Translations under genes and position numbers: made by a program
Notes under the pieces: generated by a model
Databases searched by the model: none
The model's input: only the letters and a program-made list of their open reading frames with translations
Told to the model about the DNA's origin: nothing
Part shown: in pieces, positions 10,977 through 23,900 of the stretch
Position numbering within the stretch: position 1 is the stretch's first letter
How the letters are laid out: the number at the start of each line of letters is the position of its first letter
NCBI RefSeq assembly: GCF_001194135.2
Contig: NC_068984.1
Location: 16,003,389 to 16,067,388, forward strand
DNA from: Octopus bimaculoides
Lineage: Eukaryota
Direction: 5' to 3'
DNA length: 64,000 nt

Positions 10977-13900
10977 NNNNNNNNNNNNNNNNNNNNNNNN
11001 NNNNNNNNNNNNNNNNNNNNNNNNNNNNNNNNNNNNNNNNNNNNNNNNNNNNNNNNNNNNNNNNNNNNNNNNNNNNNNNNNNNNNNNNNNNNNNNNNNNN
11101 NNNNNNNNNNNNNNNNNNNNNNNNNNNNNNNNNNNNNNNNNNNNNNNNNNNNNNNNNNNNNNNNNNNNNNNNNNNNNNNNNNNNNNNNNNNNNNNNNNNN
11201 NNNNNNNNNNNNNNNNNNNNNNNNNNNNNNNNNNNNNNNNNNNNNNNNNNCATCTCCCCACCCTCTTTATGTAAATATCCCCCATCTCCCCACCCTCTTT
11301 ATGTAAATATCCCCCATCTCCCCACCCTCTTTATGTAAATCTTCCCATCTTCCCACCCTCTTTATGTAAATCTCCCCATCTCCCCACCCTCTTTATGTAA
11401 ATCTCCCCATCCTTTTTATGCAAATCTACCCATTTCCCACCCGTTTATAAACATTTTATAAAAGCACTGATGTTTGATATCCTTTACTTTTAGTGAAAGG
11501 AAACCTGTCAACATGCCATGCTGGTCTAATTACATCCCTTGCTCATTGTGGTCGTTCGTTACGGCAAGATGAAACTCATTCACCTGTAATCACAATGGAA
11601 TCTGAAGGAGGGTATGTAGTTCATCCAGAATACTAGAGTTGATAATCCAGAACGCTAGAGTTGATAATCATCTTCATTATTTAACGTCTGTTTTGCATGC
11701 TGGCATGGGTTGGATGGTTTGACATGGAGCCGTCCAGCTGGGGAGCTGTCCAGACTCCAATTGTCTGTTTTGGCATAGTTTCTATGGCTGGATGCCCTTC
11801 CTAATGCCAACCACTTCACAGAGTGTGCTGAGTGGCTTTTACATGCCACTGGCACAAGTGCATTTATGTAGCACTGGCAGGGGCACTTTTTATGTGGCAC
11901 CAGCACCTAACAGGACAAACTAACATGTATGGAAGACAGCGATTTTACTTAGCTGCACACATCTTTTCAAGTATAGCAAATTGCCACATTTGCTCTACTT
12001 GAAAAGATGCATCAAGCTAAATAAAATTACTGTCTTCCATACATATAGGCTTGTACTTTCAGGTGCTAGAGAATATTAAAATAAAATATAATAAAAAAAA
12101 CTAGAGGATATTTTCAGTTTATAGTAGTTTTATCTTGTTTTGTTCTGGGTTTATAGCATAAAGATGAAGTTCAACTATTGGCCTTATAGAATCAATAAAA
12201 AAATATGGGTAATGTACTGGAGTTGATTCAACCCATTGTATATCATTTAGCTAATCCTTCGACAACCCACCCGGTGTCCATAGTGCCAGTATTCATCTCC
12301 AGCAACTGTTCCATGTAAAATGCACCTGTATCTGTGCTACATGTAAAGCACCCAGTACACTCTGTAAAGTGGTTGATATTAGAAAGGGTATCCAGCTGTA
12401 AAAACCAAGCCAAGACAGACTATGGAACCTGGTGCAGCCTCTGATGATGATGATGAGTTCTTCTCATGTCAAATGGCTGAGATAGAATGTATGGTTCTAA
12501 TATTCATGGCATTTCAGCTTCAGCTGATATGCATCACTTTTTCACCTGGTGGTCATCAATGTACATCCATGCCTGCTCACAGTGGTTGATACTTCCATTG
12601 CCAGCTGGTCTCTCTCTCAGCCTCACTTCCAGTTGCTCATTGATGCCAGGTAGTTTTACATTTATTCTTTTGTTTCAGTCATTTGACTGTGGCCATGCTG
12701 GAGCACCGCCTTTAGTCGAGCAAATTAACCCCAGGATTTATTCTTTGTAAGCCTAGTACTTATTCTATCGGTCTCTTTTGCCAAATTGATAAGTTACGGG
12801 GATGTAAACACACCAGCATCGGTTGTCAAGCAATGTTGGGAGGACAAACACAGACACACACATACATATATACGACGGGCTTCTTTCAGTTTCCATCGAC
12901 CAAATCCACACACAAGGCTTTTGTCGGCCCGAGGCTATAATAGAAGACACTTGCCCAAGGTGGCATACAGTGGGACTGAACCCGGACCCATATGGTTGGT
13001 AAGCAAGCTACTTACCACACAGCCACTCCTGCACATATTCAACATCTGTATTCAATGCCAAAAATTCATCGCAGTGCAACATTGCATACATTTCAAATAG
13101 TCTGTTTTTTACATTGAGAAATAAATCTTTTTGTCCCCCTGGGCAACTTCTTGATCTTTGATATCAATCAGTCTGAGACTGTCCTTAGTTCTTTGTTTTT
13201 AAGTGATCTAAATTTAAATGTTTCAAAATTTCATTTTGTTGTAGTGGTTGCAGTAGATATATATTTTGAAATTCGTTCTTTCATAAACAGTATAGAAACA
13301 AGATTTTTAACTTTTAATTCACAAAGTCTGAGAATATTCTAATTCTATAATTCAAATGAGTGCACAATCTCTTAAACAAGTATTTTGGTTCATGATTTGG
13401 TTTGTTTATGTTGCATATAATATTCAGGAATGCTAAATGCTTGAGAAAACATAATTAAGAGATACAATTCTGGATATATGACAAAAACTGTATTTTCAGT
13501 TTATGACTGAAACTTCCATATCTGGAAAGAAAATGCCAAAACAGTGTATGTGATCATATTCCAGATCCTTATGTAGCTGAGGGAGCATCATAGCCATGTG
13601 TTGAAAAGAATCTTTTGTGGTTTGAATAATTCACCTCTGGAAACAAGAGTGCTTCATTCATCATCCCTAAACAAACCTTATTTTGAGTGGGATGTGACAC
13701 CCAACCTGAAGAAAATTCTAACTGGGTCCCACCTGCAAGGTTATGCACTGTTTATCTTGATATGAAATCACCATGTCACACACATATGGTTGTGATGCAT
13801 GTGCCTGGTGTATCCTTATTAGATGGGTAGTCATGATGAGTATATTGGGCTTTGTATATTTGTACCCCAGTATCACTTTGATGGCTGCTCCCTCAATAAT

Positions 13901-14065
13901 AATAATAATAATAATAATAATAAAGAGACACACTTCATACCATCTAGCTTCTTAAATGCAATTAGTTATTTTCTTTCTTCTCATTGCAGACAAATATTGA
14001 TGCTAAAAAGTACAGAAAATGTCTCATTTGGTATCATGAAGACAGCACCACAGAGCTGGCATTAA
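10831..14065 (+). CDS. LAMTOR5: Ragulator complex protein LAMTOR5 (HBXIP), coding exons 2-4; exon 1 not located
   Basis: Spliced product GENPEVTGVICTDQHGLCLG-VKGNLSTCHAGLITSLAHCGRSLRQDETHSPVITMESEGG-QILMLKSTENVSFGIMKTAPQSWH* aligns by eye to LAMTOR5 (human [36 protein letters not shown]...PVVCLESDNGNIMIQK). Internal exon sizes of 62 and 118 nt and phases 2/1/2 match the human gene as I recall it. Confidence 0.93.
11251..11440. repeat. 31-32-bp minisatellite in LAMTOR5 intron
   Basis: CATCTCCCCACCCTCTTTATGTAAATATCCCC units at 11251, 11283, 11315, 11346 and 11377, continuing into the gap. Confidence 0.9.
11494..11611 (+). CDS. LAMTOR5: LAMTOR5 exon 3 (118 nt, phase 1 to 2)
   Basis: cttttag|TG AAA GGA...GGA GG|gtatgt; VKGNLSTCHAGLITSLAHCGRSLRQDETHSPVITMESEGG. 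Confidence 0.93.
12654..13031 (-). mobile_element. tRNA-derived SINE family B, near full length
   Basis: Head AGGAGTGGCTGTGTGGTAAG...GGTTCAGTCCC (A/B-box-like), CORE-like ACCTTGGGCAAGTGTCTT, internal (TA/TG)n, tail ...GCCGCAGTCAAATGACTGAAACAAAAG. Other copies at 3405-4020, 25760-26060, 30780-31080, 32405-32680, 37190-37460, 41690-42015, 43970-44327. Confidence 0.85.
13990..14065 (+). CDS. LAMTOR5: LAMTOR5 terminal exon
   Basis: ttgcag|A CAA ATA TTG...CAT TAA; QILMLKSTENVSFGIMKTAPQSWH*. Confidence 0.9.
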
Positions 14066-14078
14066 TCTTAAATTTTGT

Positions 14079-14084
14079 AATAAA
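14079..14084 (+). promoter_or_regulatory. Candidate poly(A) signal for LAMTOR5
   Basis: AATAAA 14 nt after the stop codon; the region is AT-rich, so it may not be the site used. Confidence 0.35.
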
Positions 14085-16654
14085 CAAAAATCTAAAAAAT
14101 ATTTTTTTTTTTAAATCCTTTCAAAAGTTGCAATGTGGACACTTTTCCAGTTTATGTAAAATATAATTTGTAAAACTCAAATACTTATGAAAAAATTTTA
14201 TTATTTGAGGTGAGCTTTATTTTTTTGAAAAATAAGCACCAAAATGTAATTATGGCATTTATTAAAATACAAGCATTTTATTTGCCATTGAAGACTGACA
14301 TACTGTAGTAGTGCACATATTGTGTATTTCTACTGCAATTGTCTTTTAATTATCTTTTCTAAATTATGTATGTTTTCTTTATTAATGCTCTATAAAATCA
14401 TAAAATTTATAAATGCTATCAAACTATGTTATATTTTTATCTTTTCATTCCACATTCTATCAATGCTATTATCCAACAACTATTATCTAATGCTATTTAT
14501 CCAACGCTATTATCTAACAGCTTCTTTCAATTCAAAGCAATGCAAGGTTCTCTGGAATAAAAGACAAACCTACCTTAACCCTTTTGATATCAACCTGTCT
14601 GAAACTGCCCTTTGTTCTATGATATAAGCTTCCTATATTGAAGCGATCTCAATTGAAACCTTAACATCAGCTTTTTAAAAACAGTTATTTTAATAAATTT
14701 TTCATTATTTCCAAAGTTCATTGAAATGAAAGCAGTGTATTTCTGCAGAAATGTGGTAGGGTCTCCTCCTACTGAGCATACTTGGGGCATTCTTTTACTT
14801 CTTCCAACTAGAAGTAATGGCTGCAACAACCCTTGGGGGTGATATTTGAGTTATTTCATTTCATTTCCCTGGCCTTCTCTCCATGGATGGGTGAGTTGGG
14901 AATCACCACTCTCATTTGCCTTTCGTTGTTGCGATGTGCGTTTAGCTGGTATCTTAGAAAAATATTTACCTAAGTGTTTTTTTAATATATCTTCATTTAC
15001 GCCTTTTATATCTCTAAGTGTTTTCAGCAAGGTATTGAAAAACTGTGAGCCACTGCACCTTAAGATGTTACAGTATTGGGTCCTTACTCTACATAGAGAG
15101 ACTAGGATTAAACAACACAGTCCTTTCTAGAGTTACTTCCCCTATTTGAAACTACTGCCGCTGCTAGTCACACTTCCCATATTGTGAGCTACGCACAAGG
15201 GAGCTAACTTCTGCCTGTATGGTCGATCTGCCATAATTTTTGTCCGCTCCTGTCTAACTGGCTCTTGTGTGCTTGAGGTCTTCCTTGAATCTTTTTGGTG
15301 GCAGAAGTGGTGAGGGTGGACTGTTGTGTTCTTCAGTACATGGGCTTTGTAAAAGCTGAGGGAATCAATGGGATGAGGTGGACTAAAGCAGTCTCTTACA
15401 CATAAGACTAACAGAGGGATGAAGGTAGGTTGATGAGGGAGAAAGTAAGCAACAAGGTGTTGAGGGTGGGGGGTGAAGGATTCAAATGGCATAAAGTGTG
15501 TAGGTGGGGCAGTAAGATATATGATGTATGCTTTGCTGAGTACAATGTATCTTAGTCTCTGAACACTATACTCATTTCAGGGTATATTTTGCCATAGGTA
15601 GTTGGTCATTTGCAGCCAATCAGTACAGTCCTTTATCCTCTCTTTCATAAAATGTCTCAGCTTAAAATAATGAATGAAATGGGGGGGGGGGAGATTACCT
15701 AAGAATACTTTCTGCATGAACACGTAGTGAAGCTGAAGATAAGATGCAGAAGGCAGTAAAAGCAGAAAATAAAAAACTTAAAATACACCTTAAGTGCAGA
15801 GAAAATTATCATTAGCTCTGGTTGATTGTAGTAGGCAAGGGAGACGACTCTAAAATTCAAATTTATGAGGCATATAAGTGGGAAGTGACTGTCATCTTTG
15901 GCAAGTACAGTTACAACTCAAGTCTATTGGTTTCAAATTTTGGCACAAGGCCGGCAATATCGGTGCCGGAGCTTAGTTGATTAAATCGAATCCAGTGCCC
16001 AACTGGCACTTATTTTGTTGACCCCGAAAGGATGAAAGACAAAGTCGACCTTAGAGGAATTTGAATTCAGAATGTGAAGATAGAAGAAATTTCACTAAGC
16101 ATTTTGCCAACCATTCTAATGATTCTGCCAGCTCGCTACATTAACAACTCAAGTCTATTAACATAATTTAATAAGGTGTTGTATATTTCCATGCAAATAT
16201 GAAAATATAAGGTATGGTTGTGTGGTTTGGAAGCTTACTTCCCAACCATATGGTTTTGGGTTCAGTCCCCCTTTGTGGCTCCTTTGACGAGTGTCTTCTG
16301 CTATGGTCCTAGGCTGGTGAAAGTTTTGTGAGTGGCCTTGGTAGACGGAAACTGAAAGAAGTCTATTGTATATATGTGCGTACGTATTCGAGTGTGTGTA
16401 CGTGTACCCTTGTTTTGACATCTTGGTTGGGTTGTAAAAGCATCAAATGTATTTCCCCATGTTTATCTGCTTTGATTCTGTCTGACCTGGAAAAAATGGA
16501 TGCTGAAGAAAATCAGGCTGTGTCGCACTTTGCATATTCTTTTAATATCTAATTTTCATGGGTCTTCTCTGTTCTGTTGGCCATGCGATTCAGATGCCAG
16601 GTAATCAATTCCCAAAGATGGTCCTCATCAGTGAGATTGAGGCTGGAGGTAGGC

Positions 16655-17006
16655 CTCACAGACGTCCAAACTTTATTTTTATGATCATCTCAAGCAGTCT
16701 CTCATTATTCGAGCGAGATCGTTGCCAGTGCCGCTGAACTCGCTCCTGTGCAGGTGGCACATAAAATACACCGTTTTGAGCGTGGCCGTTGCCAGTACCG
16801 TCTGACTGGCCTTCGTGCTGGTGGCACATAAAAGCCCCCACTACACACTTGGAGTGGTTGGCGTTAGGAAGGGCATCCAGCTGTAGAAACTCTGCCAAAT
16901 CAGATTGGAGCCTGGTGTTGCCATCCGGTTTCAACAGTCCTCAGTCAAATCGTCCAACCCATGCTAGCATGGAAAGCGGACGTTAAACTATGATGATGAT
17001 GATGAT
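16655..17006 (+). mobile_element. SINE-like family A copy
   Basis: Family core with (GAT)n tail. Confidence 0.85.
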
Positions 17007-17009
17007 CCT

Positions 17010-17225
17010 TTCCAATTGGTTGGAGCCTTTGGCTGTTAATCAGAAGGTATGGAGGTCCACATGTGATGCTGCAGTAGAGCACTCTGAAACCAAATGCAGG
17101 AAACTACATGAAAAGAAGAGAAGATGTTGCCATCAACCTCCTGCGACTGTTATTTGGGGTTACAGTTGGTGCCCTCAGTGACATAGGATCTACCTATCTT
17201 GTATCGGTCTCATCAGTCACGTCTG
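17010..17225 (+). mobile_element. RTE-clade LINE 3' fragment
   Basis: WLEPLAVNQKVWRSTCDAAVEHSETKCRKLHEKKRR...CIGLISH resembles the RTE ORF2 C-terminus (A.DR..WR...SRIGL.SH). Confidence 0.7.
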
Positions 17226-17707
17226 CTCCCATGAAAAACAATGTACTAGAGGTGGATGAGAATGAATGTCTTGGATTGGTGCTGTCATTACCTTTGATGG
17301 GCTGTTAAAAGCAAGCAGCAAGAAAAAAGCAAGCATCAGACATGAAATATAGTGACACATTTGGCTATTGTATATAACATGGTTTTATTATTAGATATAA
17401 AAGATAATATTTATATATTCAAGTAAAATGTTTCTTTTATATTTTACAAGAAATAACTTGCACTATTTAATTGTTATCAACTCAAACATAAATATATTTT
17501 TTTACTTCAACAAGATGTGGGTAGTGTGTGTGTGTGTGGCCCATGACCCTACTTAATTATATAACTGCCATTTAAAAAGAAACCGCCAATATGAATATAT
17601 TTTGTTAAAGTAGTTTTATTTTATTAAATTCTGCTTTCATTTTTGCAGATGTGTTGCTTTCTTGTTGGACTACGATAACATGTTTTATGTTATAATCTGT
17701 TCATATT

Positions 17708-17905
17708 TCATTGCTGTTCATTATCACCAGAGTTATTTAAGTCAATGAGCTGGTCTTCTTGAAAATTTAAATCCTTTTCAAAAGAATAATAGCTTTGGTT
17801 ACTATTAGTTCGTTTAAATAGCATTTTCTTCATTTTCGATCCTGATAATACCTGCTTGCGGTGAGTTATCTTTTCCAAGAGAGCAACACTTTCTGTGAGG
17901 AGTTG
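17708..17905 (-). CDS. FN3-Trx gene terminal exon (acceptor 17905 or 17913)
   Basis: [65 protein letters not shown]; AATAAA about 85 nt downstream (17615-17625). Confidence 0.7.
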   Translation of the reverse strand, partial: QLLTESVALLEKITHRKQVLSGSKMKKMLFKRTNSNQSYYSFEKDLNFQEDQLIDLNNSGDNEQQ

Positions 17906-20900
17906 CTGAATAACTGCAAAGAAAAGAGACACAACTTTAATTAATTGTAAAAAGAGAATGGAGATAAAAAAAAATGTTTGTCTTTTTCTTATTCTTTACT
18001 CTTTTTCTTTTTTTCTGTCTTCTTCCATCTCAAAAAGTGAATGCAAGAGGTGATTGGATGCAGCTGTTTGGAAGCTGACAATTTAGCATGGCTGCCTAGA
18101 CATTCAAGCTGTTTTGGTAACAATACTTTCTGACACTGGAGGGAGGCAAACTGGCACTCTTGGTTATAAGAGTGAGGGTTCCAATTGATTAAATCAATGG
18201 AACAGCCTGCTCATGAAATTAACATGCAAGTGGTTGAATACACCATAGCTACATGTACCCTTAAAGTAGTTCTCAAGGAGATTCAGCATGAGACAGAATG
18301 TGACAAGACTGGCCCTTTGAATTACAGGCACAACTCACTTTTGCCACGTCAAAAATGGTAGAGGAGTAGGGGCTGAAACAGGATGTGATTCTTCCTGATG
18401 ATGTCTTTAGTCCCTGGATCCTATAAAGAAGTGGTTGAGGTAGCGAACCACGAAATGTGGTTGGAATTTCTTCTGAATAAATAAGCTTTACATTTGATAG
18501 AATAACCTGAATGCTAAGGTGTTAAATCGTACAGAAAACAGACGTATAAGTCAAGTAAAGAGTGACAGAACATACATTTGTATCTCAGATTGTGAAATTT
18601 TGATTTGACTATAACTGAAAAATAAAATATGGTTTCAGATCTATTAAACTTGATCTTTTGTGGTTCTGATGAATAAATGAAAAAAGAGAAATCAGAAGAA
18701 ACGGGACATACAGTCTATATCACTGTCTTGAGAATATTCCATTTCGCAATGAATGCAGTTCTTTCTGTTACTTGAGTTCACCTGATGCAGTGCATGAAGC
18801 AGGAAGGATGAAAACAACTTGTAATTCGGTGCACAAAACCTACCATGCCATAGAATGAAACCTGGAAAGGAAGACAAAAAATTCTAATTATGTAAATTTT
18901 CATTGTAAAAGAGAAAGAAATATTAGTGTGAACACTTGGCAGTAAAACTCCTCCTCCTCCTCCTCCGCCTTCCATCCCTCCCTCCTCCTCNNNNNNNNNN
19001 NNNNNNNNNNNNNNNNNNNNNNNNNNNNNNNNNNNNNNNNNNNNNNNNNNNNNNNNNNNNNNNNNNNNNNNNNNNNNNNNNNNNNNNNNNNNNNNNNNNN
19101 NNNNNNNNNNNNNNNNNNNNNNNNNGTTTGTGATCTCAGGTTGGCTATGGAGGTAGCAAAGGTTGTTTCAAGGTGAAAGTGGATCAGGAGGTGTGTCAGC
19201 CCTGGAAGAGTGTGTGATGCCAGGGGTAGTGCTAACTGGACACAAGATGGAACTTCATCAACTTTGGTTGCACAGAGAACCGGAAATGATTGACAGTGAC
19301 TCTCATTTACAACCCTCACACAATGTCAAGACAAGGAAACACATGCACACACACACAATGGGCTTCTTTCAGTTTCTATCAAATTTTAAAATGTCCGTAC
19401 CCATATTATCAGTCAAAAGAATACTTGGCACGCCTTCAATTCCAAGATATTGTCTAAGATCTTTTGTTTCTGTGCATTCATCATCTGGATGTTTGTTTCC
19501 TGCAAAACAATGAAACAAAAATGATTTTAAAAAGACAACAAAAAGGTTATTTTTATGAAAGAGTAAAAGAGAAAAAGTATATTTTAATGCACAATTGGTG
19601 AAGTTAAGTCATTGTTTGTTTTGATAGAAAATATTTTCAATATACCCCGTAAAAAAGTATCCTTGCTGGCCCTACATAAAAAGCACCCAATGCATTTTAT
19701 AAAGTGGTTGGTGTTAGGAAGGGCATCCAGCCATAGAAACTGTGTCAAAACAGACAACTGGATCTTGGTGCAGCTCTCTGAGTTACCAGCTCCTGTCAAA
19801 TCATCTAACCTATGCCAGCATGGAAAATGGATGCTAAATGATGATGATGATGATGACTTTTAGGTTTATAGATGACTTATAATTTCTATTGGTTTCTTGA
19901 GGTCATTACTGAAAAATTAATTTTCATCTAATACATCAAGGGATAGCTGAACCTCCTTTAAGCTATATTCAACCATATCAGTTTATAAAAGATTAATGAA
20001 TTTCAAGTTCTCACGATTGATGAGTGATGTGGATATGACAGAAATAGTAAAGATTCAGACTAAATGCAAGGTAGTATTTAGATTCATATGGAGGTACTTG
20101 GCTTAGTGGTTAAGGTATTGCACCCATGATCTTAAGATTGTGGTTTTGATTCCTGGAAGGGGCAACGTGTTGTGTTCTTGAGCAAAACACTTCATTTCAT
20201 GTTGCTCAATTCCACTCAACTGGCAAAAGCGAGTTATTTTGTAACAGACTGATGTTCCATCCAAGGGAGACCATCCATGCCACAGAACCTGGGAAAACTG
20301 ACCTTATAAGCCTAAGGCTCGGAAAAGATCATTGATCCTCTTTTTTTTTTATTTAGCTTTATACCTCATTTTAAGGGTGACTAGACTTCTATTTCTAATC
20401 TATCAAGCAAATCTTCATTGCAAATGAACTTTACAAACTCTCCCTTGATTGGATTTTAGTTTGGCTTCAGAATTAAGTAGTTGGCTCTTGTCTGAAATTC
20501 TAAATAGCAATAAGTAGAGAAGTTCTTACCAAGTGTCATGTGAGAAGAATAGTGCTTGATGGCTGGTTCTTTATTCCAGTCATTCTCAAGAGAAGTGAGG
20601 TGAGAAGAATCTCCTGCTTTATACTGGGTATCACAGTTTATACACAGGTAGGAGAACTGATATGAAATTAAGCAGGACATGGAAAAAAAACAAAAAAAAG
20701 GAAGAAGATAAGAAAGCTGGCATTTTCAGTAGAAAAACAAAATGTCTGATTACATTGCAATACACTGTAAACAAATAAACAATACTCTTTTACTTTTTTA
20801 CTTGTTTCAGTCAATTGACTGCGGCCATGCTGGAGCACCGCCTTGAAAAACGATGACTTAGCCAGTATAGGGCACGAACCCACGACATTCGCGTTATCAG

Positions 20901-23900
20901 CACGATATTTTAATAAATTTTAAACTTATTTTTTATTATAAAATAACAAATTTATTGTATACAGTGCTCAGGTGCACTACTACAGCTCATCAGAAAGAGC
21001 AGTCAAAAGTGCATGAACAATACATAGAATAATGCACAGGAAGTGAACAGTGAAGGAGCCATTAAAAAAAAAAGGGCGAGGGAACATCCAGTGTTCTGTT
21101 GGTAAATTTCAGGAAACATGGAAATTTTAAAGGATGTAGTATTATACAACATTTCAAAATAATCAAGCAAGAATGTTTTAATCATTTAATCCAAATAAAT
21201 ACAATGCTTATTTCATTTAAGATTAGTGGTTTGGCAGAATAAAGTTCTGTATTTCTTTTAGTATTTTGTTGTAGATCTTTTATGTTCTGAACATGAATTC
21301 TGCTGAGTTCTTTGCCAGCCATTCTTTTGGGATTGATAAATCAAGTGCCAATCAAATACCAGCTGAGGTTTATATGATTGACTATATCACTTCCTCCAAA
21401 TTTTGACCATGTGCCTAAATGTTTACATATTTGATGCAGTTAGCATAAACAGTCTAAGTTGAAATAATTATGTGGTGAGGAAAAGACATTAGTTTAGTGT
21501 TTAATAATGGTTTCAGATTTTTGGTACAAAACCAGCAATTTTGGCAGAGAGGTAAGTCAATCACATTGAACCCAGTGCTCACCTGGTACTTATTTTATCA
21601 ACCCTGAAAGGATGAAAGGCGAAGTCGATCCCAGCGGAATTTGAACTCAGACTATAAAAGACAGACAAAATGCCACTAAGAATTTTTATCTGGCATGCTT
21701 AATAACTCTGCTGGCTTCCTGCTCTGGCTTAGTGTCTAATATTGGCTTCAAAATTTGGCACAAGGCCAGCAATTTCAGTGGAGGTCTTTTATGTTGACCT
21801 CAGTTCTTATTTTATCAATCCTGAAATGACAAAAAGCAAAATTTGAACTCAGAACATACAAATGGATAAAATGCTGCTAAGAATTTTCCCTGGCATGCTA
21901 CTAATACTGAGGAGGAGGAGCACTCCGTCGGTTACGACGACGAGGGTCCCAGCTGATATGATCGACGGAACAGCCTACTCGTGAAATTAACGTGCAAGTG
22001 ACTGAGCACTCCACAGACACGTGTACCCCTAACGTAGTTCTCAGGGAGATTCAGCGTGACACTGAGTGTGACAAAGCTGGCCCTTTGAAATACAGGTAGT
22101 ACTCATTTTTGCCAGCTGAGTGGACTGGAGCAATGTGAAATAAAGTGTCTTGCTCAAGGACACAACACGCCGCCGGGAATTGAACTCACGACCTTACGAT
22201 CATGAGCCAAATGCCCTAACCACTAAGCCACGTGCGTGGCTACCGATACTAAGCACCACCCTAGCTTAGTGACTAATATTATTACTATAACCCTAACTTA
22301 CCAGATTTGGATGTTCTCGCACAAATGTAACCAAAAAGTTCATAACCTTCTTGCAAGGATGGCACCTGTAAACAGAAAAGTTGCAGCGATTTAATTAACG
22401 TGTCATTAAAGAGAATTTAGAATGAAGATCAGACGTTTAGAATGAGAATATTAATACTCACCATGGTATCCAAAACAAAACAAGTGTTGGACATGTTGCT
22501 CCTTGAATTGGAAACACTGGTTCAAAACTGTTGTTGGTTTGGTTCTTTAACAAGCAATCAGGAAGCTGGAATGATTGTTTCATAACACCGGGGTTTGACA
22601 GTTTCTTGCAGAGTTGTTGTTCCTGGCTTAAAGCATCCACGAATTGGCAGCAACCAACAGTTGGCCATCTACATAAGATATTAAAGAAATAAAAAACAAA
22701 ATATTAGATCATCGTCGTTGTTGTCGTCATCGTTGTCATCATCGTCGTCATCATCATCATTTAACACTTGTCTTCAGTACTGGCATGGGCTGGAGAGTTT
22801 GACAGGAGTTGGTAAGCCAGAAGACTGTACTAAGCTCCATGGTCAGTTTTGGTATGGTTTCTACACCTGGATGCCCTTCTTAATGCCAACCACTTTACAA
22901 AGTAGACAGGAGAACGTCAGTAGGTCGAAGATCAAGGGTACGAATAGACTGTGTTGATAGTCTTGTCTGTGCTGATATAGTAATTATACTGTGATACAGA
23001 GTGGACGTTATAACGATCCAATCTTTTATGGATAATAACACTGTATGACTGGCGGTCATACAGTGCCAGATAGAAACATTCTATCAACGACTTTGTAATA
23101 TAACGATATCTGTCAGAGCGACAACCGTCGTCAAAAGACAGATACAACATTAGCAAAAGACTGCTTTACAACAGTTTGTATGTATGTGGAATGAATTTCT
23201 CTCCCTCTTTCTTTTCCTCTCTCTCTCTCTCTTGCTATCTTTATCTATATGTGTGTAACTCCCCGTCTGTGAATGTGTGTGCATGCATATGTGTGCGTGC
23301 GTGTGATGTGTGTGTGTTTGCTTTCCGCCAGCTTCAGGAAGTACTGTCCCCAAAACAGGTTAAAACCCTTTTGTTACCATATTTCTGTTGAGATGCTCTG
23401 TGTTTCTTTCAATTAATTTTAAATATAACAAAGAATTTAATAAAATAACTTAGTTATCACTAAGCTAGTGTTAGGAACATAAATTGTGACTAAGGTTTGG
23501 TGGAAGATTTTAATTCAGAACTTTTGAAAACAAGATTTTTTTACTCAGAGCCAGAGCCGGTTTCAGCCGGGTTGGTATCGAAAGGGTTAAATGTCCAGTC
23601 AGCCAAGCCAAATTGTCAAGTGTCTGGACAACTGCACCCAATCGTTTCAATCCAAACTAGAAGAGATGATTGCCGTCAGTGGATTCATAGAGGAAAAAAA
23701 TGGCACAGATGTAAGTTATCATGTAGATACTGATAAAAAGAATAGAAAACTCTTAAAATTCATCCTTACTTAGCCTCTTTGATGTGTCCTTTGCAGTAAC
23801 AATAATAGGTGAATGGTAGAAATTGAGCTGTGTCGAGGTGTATGACGTTAGATTCTTGGCTGGAAAGTTCAGTATCTTCATATTGAGCTATCATACTGAT

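Noticed and set aside
15142-15492. 116-aa minus-strand ORF between the two genes
   Set aside because: No splice context or recognisable domain; possibly a decayed retroelement, but too weak to call.
22353-22364. Selenocysteine in the thioredoxin active site
   Set aside because: Both codons are TGC; there is no in-frame TGA in the rebuilt CDS.
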